NCBI GenBank assembly: GCA_964458595.1
Contig: CAYWJQ010000005.1
Coordinates: forward strand, 85,298 to 149,297
DNA from: an uncultured Thermoplasmata archaeon
Lineage (GTDB): Archaea; Thermoplasmatota; Thermoplasmata; Halarchaeoplasmatales; Halarchaeoplasmataceae
Reading direction: 5' to 3'
DNA length: 64,000 bases
The position numbers and the translations under genes are program-made. Shown here piece after piece: positions 30,469 to 40,118 of this stretch (positions are counted from its first letter, which is position 1; the number at the start of each line of letters is the position of its first letter). The notes under the pieces are model-generated. The model saw nothing but the letters and a program-made list of their open reading frames with translations, was not told where the DNA came from and did not search any database.

Positions 30469-32952
30469 TCACATGGATATCGGTATGTTTTCCATCTCTT
30501 TTTCTACTTTCTCGGCCATCCAGTTGGCGCCGCTGCCGGAAAACGATAGGATAGCTTTTCTATAATTTTCCGCTATTCCTTCCTTATTATCTTTACTTTC
30601 CTGAAGTTTAGCCATGGAAAAGTACGCTAATCCGAGTCTATATGAAGAACCGATCCTTTGGTAAATAGATATCGCCTTGGTGAATTGTTCCTCAGCTTTT
30701 TCGGGTTTATCTGCCATCCTGTAAGCCTTGCCGAGCAGCGTGTACGCGTAGGCTTTCTCCTTTTCGTCGTCCAAATCGCCGAGAAGTTCCTTCGCCTCTT
30801 CAGCCGTTTCTATGGCCTTTTCCAACTTATTTTTTTCCAAATAACATTCGGTCAAAGATAATAGGGCGGATGATTTGAGATCCCAATAGCCGAACTTTTC
30901 CGAGGTATCGACGGCATCTTTCAAATAATCCTCCGCATTCTTCAGTTCTCTAAGTATGGTGTATAGAGCCCCTATCTCTTTAAGACCGCCTACTTTCTGA
31001 TACGTTTCTTTTATCTGCTTCCAGTGATCCAATCCTTTCTGAAAGAAGGAAACGGAATCATCCCAATCTCCGTTCAATTTCTTGATCCTGGCGAGCATGA
31101 AGTAAGCCGTCGTCAATAGAGAATGATCATCTTCGCCCAGGGCGTTCAAAGCCTCGTAGAGATTCTCCTCGGCTTCTACACGTTTTCCTCTCTCGTTCAA
31201 TAACGATCCCAACCTGAAGAAGGCTTTTCCCGTGAATTTCTTTCTCTCTGAAGCGGAGTCTATCTCGGCCGCTTTATCTACTGATTTCTTGTATTCGGAG
31301 ACCGCCTGGTCATATTCTTGTCGATTTTCTTTTGTAGAAGCTATCCCCAAGTGAGATCGAACTTCGAGGACCTTGTCTTCCACGTTTTCTATGATCTCAC
31401 GATAAGACTCTAAAGCTCGGTCGTAATCATCCACCTTGCGGGATGCTTCGGCTTTGATGAAACCTATGTGATGATCTTCGGTATTTTTTTCCGTTTCAAA
31501 TCCGTCTATCAGATCTATCACGGTTTCATAATAGCCTGAAGAAACTATCTCTTCACCGTGATCTTTCACCTTTTCCTCGAACAGACCGTATTTGTTCGCG
31601 TTCAAAAGATGATAAAGTTCTTCGAGCTTCTGGCCCGCCTTGGCCATAGGTCTTTCCATATAATATTGAGAAGCGATCTCGTGTAATCGACGCTTATCCT
31701 CCAGCCTCAAGTATTTAACGATCTCTTTTCTTACGACCTTTGGAACTCCGACCTCGTTATCGACCGTGGACTCCATCAAAGGCGTATCCAATATATTGTC
31801 GACCATCTTAGGGGTTACGGTCTCGAGCCGGGTCAGTTCCTTTTTTTTCACCGGTTCTCTGAGGATAGATAGAAGAGCTAAAGACCAAAACTCCTCTTCG
31901 GTGATGTGGTTTTCCAATACTGTCTTCAAAGAATCTATCTCTTCCTGCTCGGAGTAACTATCCCTTAAAGCATCTAAAAAATAATCCTCGTTTTTCAGCT
32001 CTACCGTATAGTGATCGTCTAAGGATATATCATCCATCTCAGGAGAAAGGGCTATAATTGAGATCGTAGTTCCCATATCTAAAGTAACGATGTCTTCTAT
32101 GATTTGAGATATCTCCTCGTTTGAATAGATATCATCGAATATCATCAAGGACTTTATCTCTTTGAGATCTTTCTCTAGATTTGTGATCAAACCTTTTCTA
32201 TCAAGTTTAGCCGTCGATTTGAGATAAGAAGAAAGTCGATGCTGACCGCATAACTCTAAAAATTCAGATATCTTATCCCACAGATGCATCGGTTCCTGCC
32301 AATCCTTCGTTTCAAAATAAAAAACGTTGTTTTTACCGTCCATCTTTTTGGCTAGTTTACTCAAAAGGGTGGTTTTGCCGCTCCCTTCTGGACCCACCAC
32401 CGCTATCAGATCCTCTACATGCTCCCAATTGTCTAAAAGGTCTTCCAATTCAGGTATCGCCCTATCGTCAGGCTCGGGCATCTCGTCGAGATAAGAATCA
32501 GTAGAACCCTGTTCATGTTCACTGTCAAGTTCGAAGATATCTTCTTCTTCAACTTTCCTGATTATATCTAGAACAGAGATATTGGTCTGAAAATAAGTGT
32601 TTATCTCCCCAATATTCATCTTTTTCTTTTCCCCTTCTAGGGAGACTTCTACTTCGGTATTTAGCATCTCGTTTCTGATATCTCTAGCCTTTTTTATCCC
32701 GCTGTCCGTGAGAAAATAGGCCTTTCTCTTCTGTTTTTTTCCCTTGATCCGGCGGGTCTCTTCTTTCATGAAACCATCTTCGACCAATTTTCTCACGGCG
32801 TAAGAAACGGTATTTTGTTTGAGACCGACACTGTCGGCGATACCTTCCTGAGTTATCTCGACCGGAAGTGAATAACCATCTTCCTTTCCGTAATAATCGA
32901 GAATATGTACTATCACTTTTTCCTTTGCGGTGAAGTTTGCATCCATATGCAA
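30469..32952 (-). CDS. STAND-like NTPase with an N-terminal winged HTH, a central archaeal-ATPase (P-loop) domain and C-terminal TPR repeats
   Basis: 827 aa. The wHTH (GIADSVGLKQNTVSYAVRKLVEDGF) is followed by Walker A GPEGSGKTTL and Walker B MIFDDIY, and the C-terminal ~400 aa are TPR-like (repeated A..YY.LG/A.Y). Confidence 0.6.
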   Translation of the reverse strand: MHMDANFTAKEKVIVHILDYYGKEDGYSLPVEITQEGIADSVGLKQNTVSYAVRKLVEDGFMKEETRRIKGKKQKRKAYFLTDSGIKKARDIRNEMLNTEVEVSLEGEKKKMNIGEINTYFQTNISVLDIIRKVEEEDIFELDSEHEQGSTDSYLDEMPEPDDRAIPELEDLLDNWEHVEDLIAVVGPEGSGKTTLLSKLAKKMDGKNNVFYFETKDWQEPMHLWDKISEFLELCGQHRLSSYLKSTAKLDRKGLITNLEKDLKEIKSLMIFDDIYSNEEISQIIEDIVTLDMGTTISIIALSPEMDDISLDDHYTVELKNEDYFLDALRDSYSEQEEIDSLKTVLENHITEEEFWSLALLSILREPVKKKELTRLETVTPKMVDNILDTPLMESTVDNEVGVPKVVRKEIVKYLRLEDKRRLHEIASQYYMERPMAKAGQKLEELYHLLNANKYGLFEEKVKDHGEEIVSSGYYETVIDLIDGFETEKNTEDHHIGFIKAEASRKVDDYDRALESYREIIENVEDKVLEVRSHLGIASTKENRQEYDQAVSEYKKSVDKAAEIDSASERKKFTGKAFFRLGSLLNERGKRVEAEENLYEALNALGEDDHSLLTTAYFMLARIKKLNGDWDDSVSFFQKGLDHWKQIKETYQKVGGLKEIGALYTILRELKNAEDYLKDAVDTSEKFGYWDLKSSALLSLTECYLEKNKLEKAIETAEEAKELLGDLDDEKEKAYAYTLLGKAYRMADKPEKAEEQFTKAISIYQRIGSSYRLGLAYFSMAKLQESKDNKEGIAENYRKAILSFSGSGANWMAEKVEKEMENIPISM

Positions 32953-33052
32953 TATTGATTACGATTAAATGGTATATGTAATTTTTCGAAGATAAAGGGG
33001 TAACCGAGGAAGAACTACCCAAGATAAGATTTATTTACCGCAGTAGAAGTAG

Positions 33053-34483
33053 TTGAACAGCGTGAACGAAAAAGCGGGACTTATCGCGGAAAAGCTCCTT
33101 TCTCGAGAAAAAGTGAAGGTGGTCTCACATATAGACGCCGACGGTATATCATCGGCCAGCATAGCTTACAAAGCACTGGAAAGAGCAGATATAGAAGCCG
33201 ATGTGGATTTTATCAAGCAGTTGGACGAAAGCAGGATAAAAAAACTGAAAGATAGCGGGTTTGAATTTATATGGTTCACCGATCTCGGCAGCGGACAGCT
33301 GAAGGACTTGGGTGGACTCGACTGCGTGATAACCGATCACCACGAACCGCAGGGTGAAGCAGGCGATCCCAGTCTCGAAAAAAGAGGAAATATATTGAAT
33401 TATGGTCACTCTAACATCACGGAATTGAATCCTCACAGAAATGGGTTGGACGGCGCTAAGGAGATCTCGGGTTCCGGAACGACTTATCTCGTGGCTAAAG
33501 AGATGGACGAAAGGAATAAAGATCTGAGTAAATTGGCCGTGGTTGGAGCCGTTGGTGATCTCCAAGCTTCCGAAAAAAATAGGCTCGTCGGAAAGAACAG
33601 GGAGATCCTACAAGAAGGTATAGAGGAAGGCGTGATAGTCAAGAAAACCGAGACCACATTATATGGGTTAGAGAGCCGACCCGTCCCCAAAATATTAGAA
33701 TACGCTTCCGATCCTATCCTTCCCGGATTGACGGGAGAAGAGACCGCCTGTACCAACTTTTTGGTCGAAAACGATATCGCCCTGAAAGATGACGGAAGAT
33801 GGAGAAGGTGGTACCATCTCTCGAAAGATGAAAAGAGAAGGATACTATCCGGGCTTGCAGAAAAGATGCTGGACCGCGGATTTCCGACCGAATACGTCGA
33901 CAGTTTGATAGGAGAAGTATATATATTTCCGGAGGAGGAAAAGGGAAGCATGCTCCACGAGGCTAAAGAATTTTCTACTCTCCTGAACTCCTGCGGGAGA
34001 TACGAGAAGGGACACGTGGGGATGAGGGTCTGCCTGGGAGATAGAGACGAATATCTCAAAAAGGCGAAAGAACTATTGAAAGGACATCAAAAGATACTCG
34101 TAGATAGTCTAGATTATGTAGAGTCTATAGGGGTCGAGGAAAGAAACAATCTCCAATATTTTCACGGTGAAGACGAGATCCCCGATACCGTAGTGGGGAC
34201 CGTCGCCGGTATGGTCCTAGGGTCTGGAGACGTGGATAGAAGACTGCCGATCATAGCGTTCGCGAGGTCCGAAGAAAGAGAAGGTATAAAAGTCTCGTCG
34301 CGGGGAACGAAAAGATTGGTGGATAAAGGATTAGATCTTTCCTCCATAATGTCCGAATGCTCTGAAAAAGTGGGCGGAGAAGGCGGAGGCCACGATATCG
34401 CCGCGGGAGCGTTGATCCCACACGGTAAAGAAGAAGAATTTTTAGATGAAGTCGAAGAGATGATCGGTTCTCAGTTGGGTTGA
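33053..34483 (+). CDS. recJ: DHH/DHHA1 phosphoesterase, archaeal RecJ-like single-strand nuclease
   Basis: DHH motifs HIDADG and DHH (ITDHHEP), plus the DHHA1 GGGH motif (GGEGGGHDIAAGA). Confidence 0.7.
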   Translation: MNSVNEKAGLIAEKLLSREKVKVVSHIDADGISSASIAYKALERADIEADVDFIKQLDESRIKKLKDSGFEFIWFTDLGSGQLKDLGGLDCVITDHHEPQGEAGDPSLEKRGNILNYGHSNITELNPHRNGLDGAKEISGSGTTYLVAKEMDERNKDLSKLAVVGAVGDLQASEKNRLVGKNREILQEGIEEGVIVKKTETTLYGLESRPVPKILEYASDPILPGLTGEETACTNFLVENDIALKDDGRWRRWYHLSKDEKRRILSGLAEKMLDRGFPTEYVDSLIGEVYIFPEEEKGSMLHEAKEFSTLLNSCGRYEKGHVGMRVCLGDRDEYLKKAKELLKGHQKILVDSLDYVESIGVEERNNLQYFHGEDEIPDTVVGTVAGMVLGSGDVDRRLPIIAFARSEEREGIKVSSRGTKRLVDKGLDLSSIMSECSEKVGGEGGGHDIAAGALIPHGKEEEFLDEVEEMIGSQLG

Positions 34484-34487
34484 TTGT

Positions 34488-35270
34488 TTAATTTTCTTTT
34501 CTAGCGACTGCCGCGACACTTTCATCGTCGGGCGAGTATTGACTTGACGTTTTGATACCTAAGATAAAACCGGTGAAATCGGCTTTGACTGGTTTTTCGT
34601 TCAACACCCCTATAGTTTCACCTTCTTCTATTCTATCGCCGGGCTCTTTCTTTGGTTCGAAGTGACCTTCTTCTTCAGGCGTCAGTCTTTCGTAGTGATT
34701 ATAAAAGGTAGTTTCTTCCGCCGGTTCTTTAGAGTAGTTTTCTAGCAAAAGACTGAGGACGGCATCTTTGACTCTTTCCAGTTCCTCCCTGTAACGTTCC
34801 GCTCCTCCTGCTTCGATGATCATAGATGGAATACCGAGGTCGGACGTCTCTAAGAACAACTGTCCACCGGTGCCTCCGGTCTGGACAGCGTTGTTCAAAC
34901 CGATCTTTTTACAGAGTTCTATATTATGATCCTTTCCTAGATCTGTCAGCATGTACGGAACACACCAGCTGTTCTTTCCGTAGGTATGGAGATCTATGAT
35001 TCGATCGAATGTTTTAGCTTTCTTGAAGAGCCGATGAGCTATCCGTTCGGATTTTGTACCTCCTTCATCTCCGGTAAATATCCTGTTCAGATCTTTTCCG
35101 TCTTCTGGGTTCTCTCTCTGTTTATTTTCTACCGCTGTCAGATTCACCTCGGGTATCACTTCTACGCGGTCGATATCTCTGCTCTCGACCCAGCCTTTTA
35201 TCTCTCTGGCTACTAGAACGGAACCGATCTCAGCGCCGTGGACTCCGGCGGTGATAAGTGTCTTCTTCAT
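34488..35270 (-). CDS. Succinylglutamate desuccinylase/aspartoacylase-family Zn hydrolase
   Basis: 260 aa with the N-terminal GVHGAE Zn-binding motif, DLH and the overall AstE/AspA architecture. Confidence 0.65.
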   Translation of the reverse strand: MKKTLITAGVHGAEIGSVLVAREIKGWVESRDIDRVEVIPEVNLTAVENKQRENPEDGKDLNRIFTGDEGGTKSERIAHRLFKKAKTFDRIIDLHTYGKNSWCVPYMLTDLGKDHNIELCKKIGLNNAVQTGGTGGQLFLETSDLGIPSMIIEAGGAERYREELERVKDAVLSLLLENYSKEPAEETTFYNHYERLTPEEEGHFEPKKEPGDRIEEGETIGVLNEKPVKADFTGFILGIKTSSQYSPDDESVAAVARKEN

Positions 35271-35357
35271 AGTTATGGAAGAGAAAGAATACTATATTAT
35301 GGTTGGGCTTGGATCGGAAGAAATGATTTTAACCAGCCTCTTTCATTGTGGGTAAAG

Positions 35358-36986
35358 ATGATGAACGTACTCGGTGTCCACGACGGCCACGATGCGGGCG
35401 CGGCATTGATTCACGGCGAATATATCCATGCCGTGAACGAAGAACGCCTGAGCGAGGAAAAATATCACAGAGGCTTTCCGGAACGTTCGGTCAGAGAAGT
35501 GAGGAGATTATCCGGGTTGGACGCGGAAGAAATCGATATAGCGGCGGTCTCTGGGATCTACAGGAAGAAAAAGCGGCTTTTAACTCTGAAGAAAAACCTT
35601 GAGGAACTACTCGGAGATATCGAGATCGTGACCGTCCATCACCATAAAGCTCACGCGGCGGGAGCTTACTTCACCTCGGGATGGGATAGAAGTTTAGTGC
35701 TTACCATCGATGCGGCTGGAGACGGGCTCTCCTCAGGAGTCTATCTTGGAGATGATGGCGAGCTAAAAAAGATTGCTGAATCCTCTTACCTAGATTCTCT
35801 GGGAGATTTTTACGCCTCGATAACCGAGATGTTAGGTTTTATTCCGATGAGGCATGAAGGCAAAGTGATGGCCTTGGGCGCTTACTACGAGGGGAAAGAC
35901 TACCACGACTTCTCCAACTGTATCCAAGTGGATGGTTTAGGCTTCGATAATTTGCTCGAAGTCACCGGATCTGAATCGGTAAAAGAACTTTCAGAAAAAG
36001 TAGATTTTCCCTTGAATCGTAAGGAAGAATGTTCGAACGTGCTCAAAGCCGGTAAAAGAGACCATGAACTGTGGGGTAAAGCCGTGAAAATCGCAGCTTC
36101 CGCTCAGAAGCATCTCGAGGATTTGCTTGAACAATTGTGTGAGAATCTCAAAGAAGACGAGAGGATAGGAGAAGAATTCAAGCAGAACATCTGCTTTTCA
36201 GGCGGCGTAGCTCAGAACGTGAAAGCTAACAAAATTGTGAGAGAGAATTTCCAGAACACCTACATATTTCCACATATGGGTGACGGAGGACTCGCTTTGG
36301 GGGCGGCTTTAGATGTAAATCAAAGGTCAAACGACGGAGATGACTTTTGGGATTGGAAGACGAGTTCGGACAGCGTATATCTCGGTCCCAAGTTCGATCA
36401 GAATCGGATAAAGAGTCTGCTGGATGATGACGGTCTTGAGTGGAAGACGATAGAAGGGAAGGCCGATACAGCTTCCTCTTTATTGAGTGAGGGGAAAATA
36501 GTCGGTATATTCCAAGGAAAGATGGAATACGGTCCTAGAGCTCTCGGAAACAGGTCTATATTAGCCGACCCTTCGAAGCGAGAGATTAAGGAAAAACTGA
36601 ATCAAATGCTGGGTAGAGAATCTTTTCAACCTTTTTCTCCGACCATTTTGAAAGGATATGAAGACGAATATCTAAAATCTCCCGACTCGAACAAGTTCAT
36701 GACCATGTCTTTCGATATCACTGAAAAAGCCAAAAAGGATCTTGAAGCCGCTGTACATCTCGACAATACCTGCAGACCTCAGATATTGGAGAGAAAAGAT
36801 AATCCAGTCTTTTATGATCTGATAAAAGCATTTGAAGAAAAAACCGGTACTGGAGCGGTGCTAAACACGAGCTTCAATCTCCACGGCGAACCGATCGTCT
36901 GTACGCCGGAAGAAGCTTTAGATTCATTCAAAGAGATCGGACTCGATGCTCTGATTTGCGAAAATTATCTTATCAAGAAAAAATAA
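35358..36986 (+). CDS. Carbamoyltransferase, NodU/CmcH/TobZ family
   Basis: N-terminal ASKHA/Kae1-like domain (LGVHDGHDAGAALI, NEER) followed by a C-terminal carbamoyltransferase domain. Start taken at ATG 35358 (MMNVLG). Confidence 0.75.
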   Translation: MMNVLGVHDGHDAGAALIHGEYIHAVNEERLSEEKYHRGFPERSVREVRRLSGLDAEEIDIAAVSGIYRKKKRLLTLKKNLEELLGDIEIVTVHHHKAHAAGAYFTSGWDRSLVLTIDAAGDGLSSGVYLGDDGELKKIAESSYLDSLGDFYASITEMLGFIPMRHEGKVMALGAYYEGKDYHDFSNCIQVDGLGFDNLLEVTGSESVKELSEKVDFPLNRKEECSNVLKAGKRDHELWGKAVKIAASAQKHLEDLLEQLCENLKEDERIGEEFKQNICFSGGVAQNVKANKIVRENFQNTYIFPHMGDGGLALGAALDVNQRSNDGDDFWDWKTSSDSVYLGPKFDQNRIKSLLDDDGLEWKTIEGKADTASSLLSEGKIVGIFQGKMEYGPRALGNRSILADPSKREIKEKLNQMLGRESFQPFSPTILKGYEDEYLKSPDSNKFMTMSFDITEKAKKDLEAAVHLDNTCRPQILERKDNPVFYDLIKAFEEKTGTGAVLNTSFNLHGEPIVCTPEEALDSFKEIGLDALICENYLIKKK

Positions 36987-37044
36987 GAGATGAATAAAAA
37001 AACATATATGTTATAAACCCATAAAACTTCGTAGAGGGTGGATC

Positions 37045-37809
37045 ATGACCGAAAAGGAAAGCAAATTCAAGGGGTTAAGAAAGTTCAATGCGTTTATGGC
37101 CGTTTTACATTTTATACAGGGAGCTTTGATGGTATATCTGAGTACGGATTTCGCCATCTCGATTACCAGTTCATACATGGCGGGACCGCCGGGCACTGAA
37201 GAAACCGCTACAGTCGTACTTTTCGATGTACCGGTAGGACTGGCAGTCGCCGGTTTTCTCTTCATCTCCGCTATAGCCCATTTCTCACTGTCAACTTTCG
37301 CATACGATTGGTATAAGAGGAATCTCAAGAACCACATAAACAAAGCCAGATGGGTAGAATATTTCTTCAGCAGCTCTCTGATGATAGTCATAATAGCGAT
37401 GCTCGTTGGCTTCACTGATATAGGCGTACTTATCGCTTTATTCCTGGTGAACGGTTCGATGATACTGTTCGGATGGCTGATGGAAGCCTACAACCAGAAT
37501 ACTGAAAAAACCGTGTGGTCACCTTTCATATTCGGATGTATAGCAGGGGCGGCTCCATGGATAGCTATCGCTATCAGACTTTTCACGGCGATCTCAGAAT
37601 CCCCGGTAGAGGTGCCTAGTTTCGTTATATGGATATTCGTCTCTCTGTTCATATTCTTCAATATATTCGCCCTAAACCAGTTACTGCAGTACAAGAAAGT
37701 GTGGAAATGGGAAGACTATCTCTACGGCGAGAAGATGTACATCGTGTTGAGTTTGGTTGCGAAATCGGCATTGGCCTGGCAAGTTTTCTCCGGAACTTTA
37801 GTGGGATAA
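37045..37809 (+). CDS. Heliorhodopsin (inverted-topology microbial rhodopsin)
   Basis: 254 aa with 7 TM. It shares diagnostic blocks with characterised heliorhodopsins: NGPPGT-like AGPPGT, N(K/R)ARWVEY, SMILFGWL, WIAIAI and the TM7 retinal-Lys region YIVLSLVAKSALAWQVFSGTL. Confidence 0.8.
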   Translation: MTEKESKFKGLRKFNAFMAVLHFIQGALMVYLSTDFAISITSSYMAGPPGTEETATVVLFDVPVGLAVAGFLFISAIAHFSLSTFAYDWYKRNLKNHINKARWVEYFFSSSLMIVIIAMLVGFTDIGVLIALFLVNGSMILFGWLMEAYNQNTEKTVWSPFIFGCIAGAAPWIAIAIRLFTAISESPVEVPSFVIWIFVSLFIFFNIFALNQLLQYKKVWKWEDYLYGEKMYIVLSLVAKSALAWQVFSGTLVG

Positions 37810-37811
37810 AA

Positions 37812-38490
37812 TCACTTCTTTCCTTCTATCTCTTTTTTCAACCTGTCAAAAAAAGTTTCCATGAATTTTTGTCTTTCCTCGGCGATCTCTTTAGCATTCT
37901 GGGTATGAAGATTAGAGACTATCTTTTTGAGTTTCATCTCGTACTCGAGATTCGGTGCGTGTTTCCGTATTTCTTTCACTCTCCCGTTTTCTTTAATATT
38001 TTCTTCAGCATATCTTTCTAGATCGATATCTCGATACAGCACTTCTTCATACTCTCCGGCCAGCATGAAAGCCCTAGCTATCCCAACAGCTCCCACAGCA
38101 TCCAACTTATCCGCATCAGAGAGTATCTTCGCCTCTTCGGTCTCGGGTTTTTTATCAGATTTGAACCTGTGCGTCTCGATACAGTGCTTTATCTTTTCTA
38201 TCTTTTCTTCTTCGTAACCTTCCTTTTTCAAAACATCCTCTGCCATCTCCGCCCCCCAAAATAGCGTGATCTATCTCACCGGTCTCATCCTCGTCCTCCT
38301 TCACTCTTGCGATATCGTGAAGCAAAGCCGATGGGAAAAGGACATCTCTATCCACATCATCATCTGAAATCTCTTTAGCCAATCTATAGACTCTCTCGGT
38401 ATGACTCACGCCGTGAGAAGAAGTCGATAATTTTCCCCTAGCTTTTTTCCAGACATCTTCGTATCTCTCTTCTATCTCCATCCGCATCAC
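37812..38490 (-). pseudogene. HD-domain phosphohydrolase gene split by a +1 frameshift in a G6/C6 homopolymer
   Basis: The N-terminal ORF 38155-38490 carries H..H (HGVSHTERV) and HD (LLHDIAR). The C-terminal ORF 37812-38246 carries the rest of the HD fold (SDADKLD). Removing one C from the C6 run at 38262-38267 fuses the two frames as ...DHAILG-AEMAEDVLK.... Confidence 0.65.
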
Positions 38491-38503
38491 GTGATGATCG
38501 GTT

Positions 38504-39988
38504 TCAGCCGAAGTTCTTTATCGAAACTTTATTGTTGCTCGGATCTAAAACGATCACTTTAGCGGGATCGGGATTTATATCTCTCATCTTCTGGTATTCG
38601 GTCTGTTCCTGCCATGTAGACGAGTTGACAAGTACGATACCATGATGATCTTTTACGTCGGCACTATGAACGTGGCCAGTGATGAATATATCCGGTATCT
38701 CTTCTATCGCGAGATGATCTTTCTCTTCAGGTGCTATAGATGTGCTCTTCCCGTAGACCGGAACTAAATGCCTTCTTTTCAGCATCTCGCGCTGAGCCGA
38801 GATAGGATCCTCACCGTCTACCTGCGGAAGCATATCCGATAGGTCGTTCATGCTCCCCCCGTGATACATCAAAAGTTTATAGCCCTCTAGTTCTACCAAC
38901 GACGGATTTCCAAAGAAAAGCACGTTTTCCGGAAACATCTCTTGGATGTCTTCGGGTAGAGCGGGCTGAGGCTCGGCGTTCCTCACTATATCGTGATTCC
39001 CGGGGATCGTTATTATGGTTATATCCTCGGGTAATTCGCTGAACATCTTGGCTATCTTCTCGTACTGTTCGTAGATATCGATTATATCCAGTTCCTTTTT
39101 CTGGTTCGGGAATATGCCGATACCGTCTATAAGATCGCCCGGGACGATAAGATACCTTATACTTTGAGCCAGTTCGTCATCTGAATTTATCCATGAAACG
39201 AACTCCTCCCATTCTTCTTCTAGAAAAGTATCGCTGCCGACGTGGATGTCTCCTAGAAATGCCATCTTTCCGGGAAAGTCGGGTTTCGAACCTTTGTTCA
39301 ACTTCGGTATCCCCGGCCTGGTTATCTCTTCTATAGCAAAGGTGTCATCAAAATTTCCATCGTTTTCCCATACTTCACCTTTTGCCAAGATCACTTCGTC
39401 TTCCAATATATTTTCGGTGAAGGCCTCGCTGTCGCTCGAAATGAATCCTCTGATCTCCCCTGTATCGTCTTCGAGAGTCAAGACCTTGTTGCCGTTAGAG
39501 GTAGAATGCACCTCTCGAACCATACCTATTACAGTAGCATCTCCTGCTCTTTTGGATACTCTCTTTATGGGCCTCGCCTTCTTCCCATCCCTTCTATTTT
39601 GGATGATAGACTTCAAAGTGTCAAACCTATCTTGGAAGTAATCACTGAAATCGTCGATGGTGCCCGTACAGGTCGATTCTCCAGAGATGTCTTTGAGTAC
39701 ATCTATACCTTCCATAGGATCTCTATCGAGATCGATCGAAGTCTCTTCTTTAGTCTTCTCTTTTATCTCTTCAGTCTCGTCCTCTTTCCCCTCTTCCAAC
39801 ATCTCGTTTACGTAGTAGGAAACGGTCTCTTTGCAGACGGGAAACGGAAGTTTATCATCTTCTTCTGTGAGCTTTTTGATTATCTCGGACGGATCATCCT
39901 GTTTATCCAAGTATTCCAATGCATCAGGGGTCAAAACGGTCTTGTTTTTTGCGAGTTCACTCACTATCCTGTCGCGCATTTCGATCAA
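38504..39988 (-). CDS. DNA polymerase II (PolD) small subunit DP1, a calcineurin-like phosphoesterase
   Basis: 494 aa with metallophosphoesterase motifs (GDIHVGS, GNHD, GHVH) and an N-terminal OB/regulatory region typical of archaeal DP1. Confidence 0.8.
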   Translation of the reverse strand: MIEMRDRIVSELAKNKTVLTPDALEYLDKQDDPSEIIKKLTEEDDKLPFPVCKETVSYYVNEMLEEGKEDETEEIKEKTKEETSIDLDRDPMEGIDVLKDISGESTCTGTIDDFSDYFQDRFDTLKSIIQNRRDGKKARPIKRVSKRAGDATVIGMVREVHSTSNGNKVLTLEDDTGEIRGFISSDSEAFTENILEDEVILAKGEVWENDGNFDDTFAIEEITRPGIPKLNKGSKPDFPGKMAFLGDIHVGSDTFLEEEWEEFVSWINSDDELAQSIRYLIVPGDLIDGIGIFPNQKKELDIIDIYEQYEKIAKMFSELPEDITIITIPGNHDIVRNAEPQPALPEDIQEMFPENVLFFGNPSLVELEGYKLLMYHGGSMNDLSDMLPQVDGEDPISAQREMLKRRHLVPVYGKSTSIAPEEKDHLAIEEIPDIFITGHVHSADVKDHHGIVLVNSSTWQEQTEYQKMRDINPDPAKVIVLDPSNNKVSIKNFG

Positions 39989-40118
39989 AAACGGAATGGG
40001 TTTTGACGTATTAAATCTTTTTTTTATCTTTGCCCCGGTATAGTTGATATGGGTATATTGAGTATTTTCACGGCAAATCCTTTATAAGAGCCGATAATGC
40101 ATAGACAAAGGGATAACA

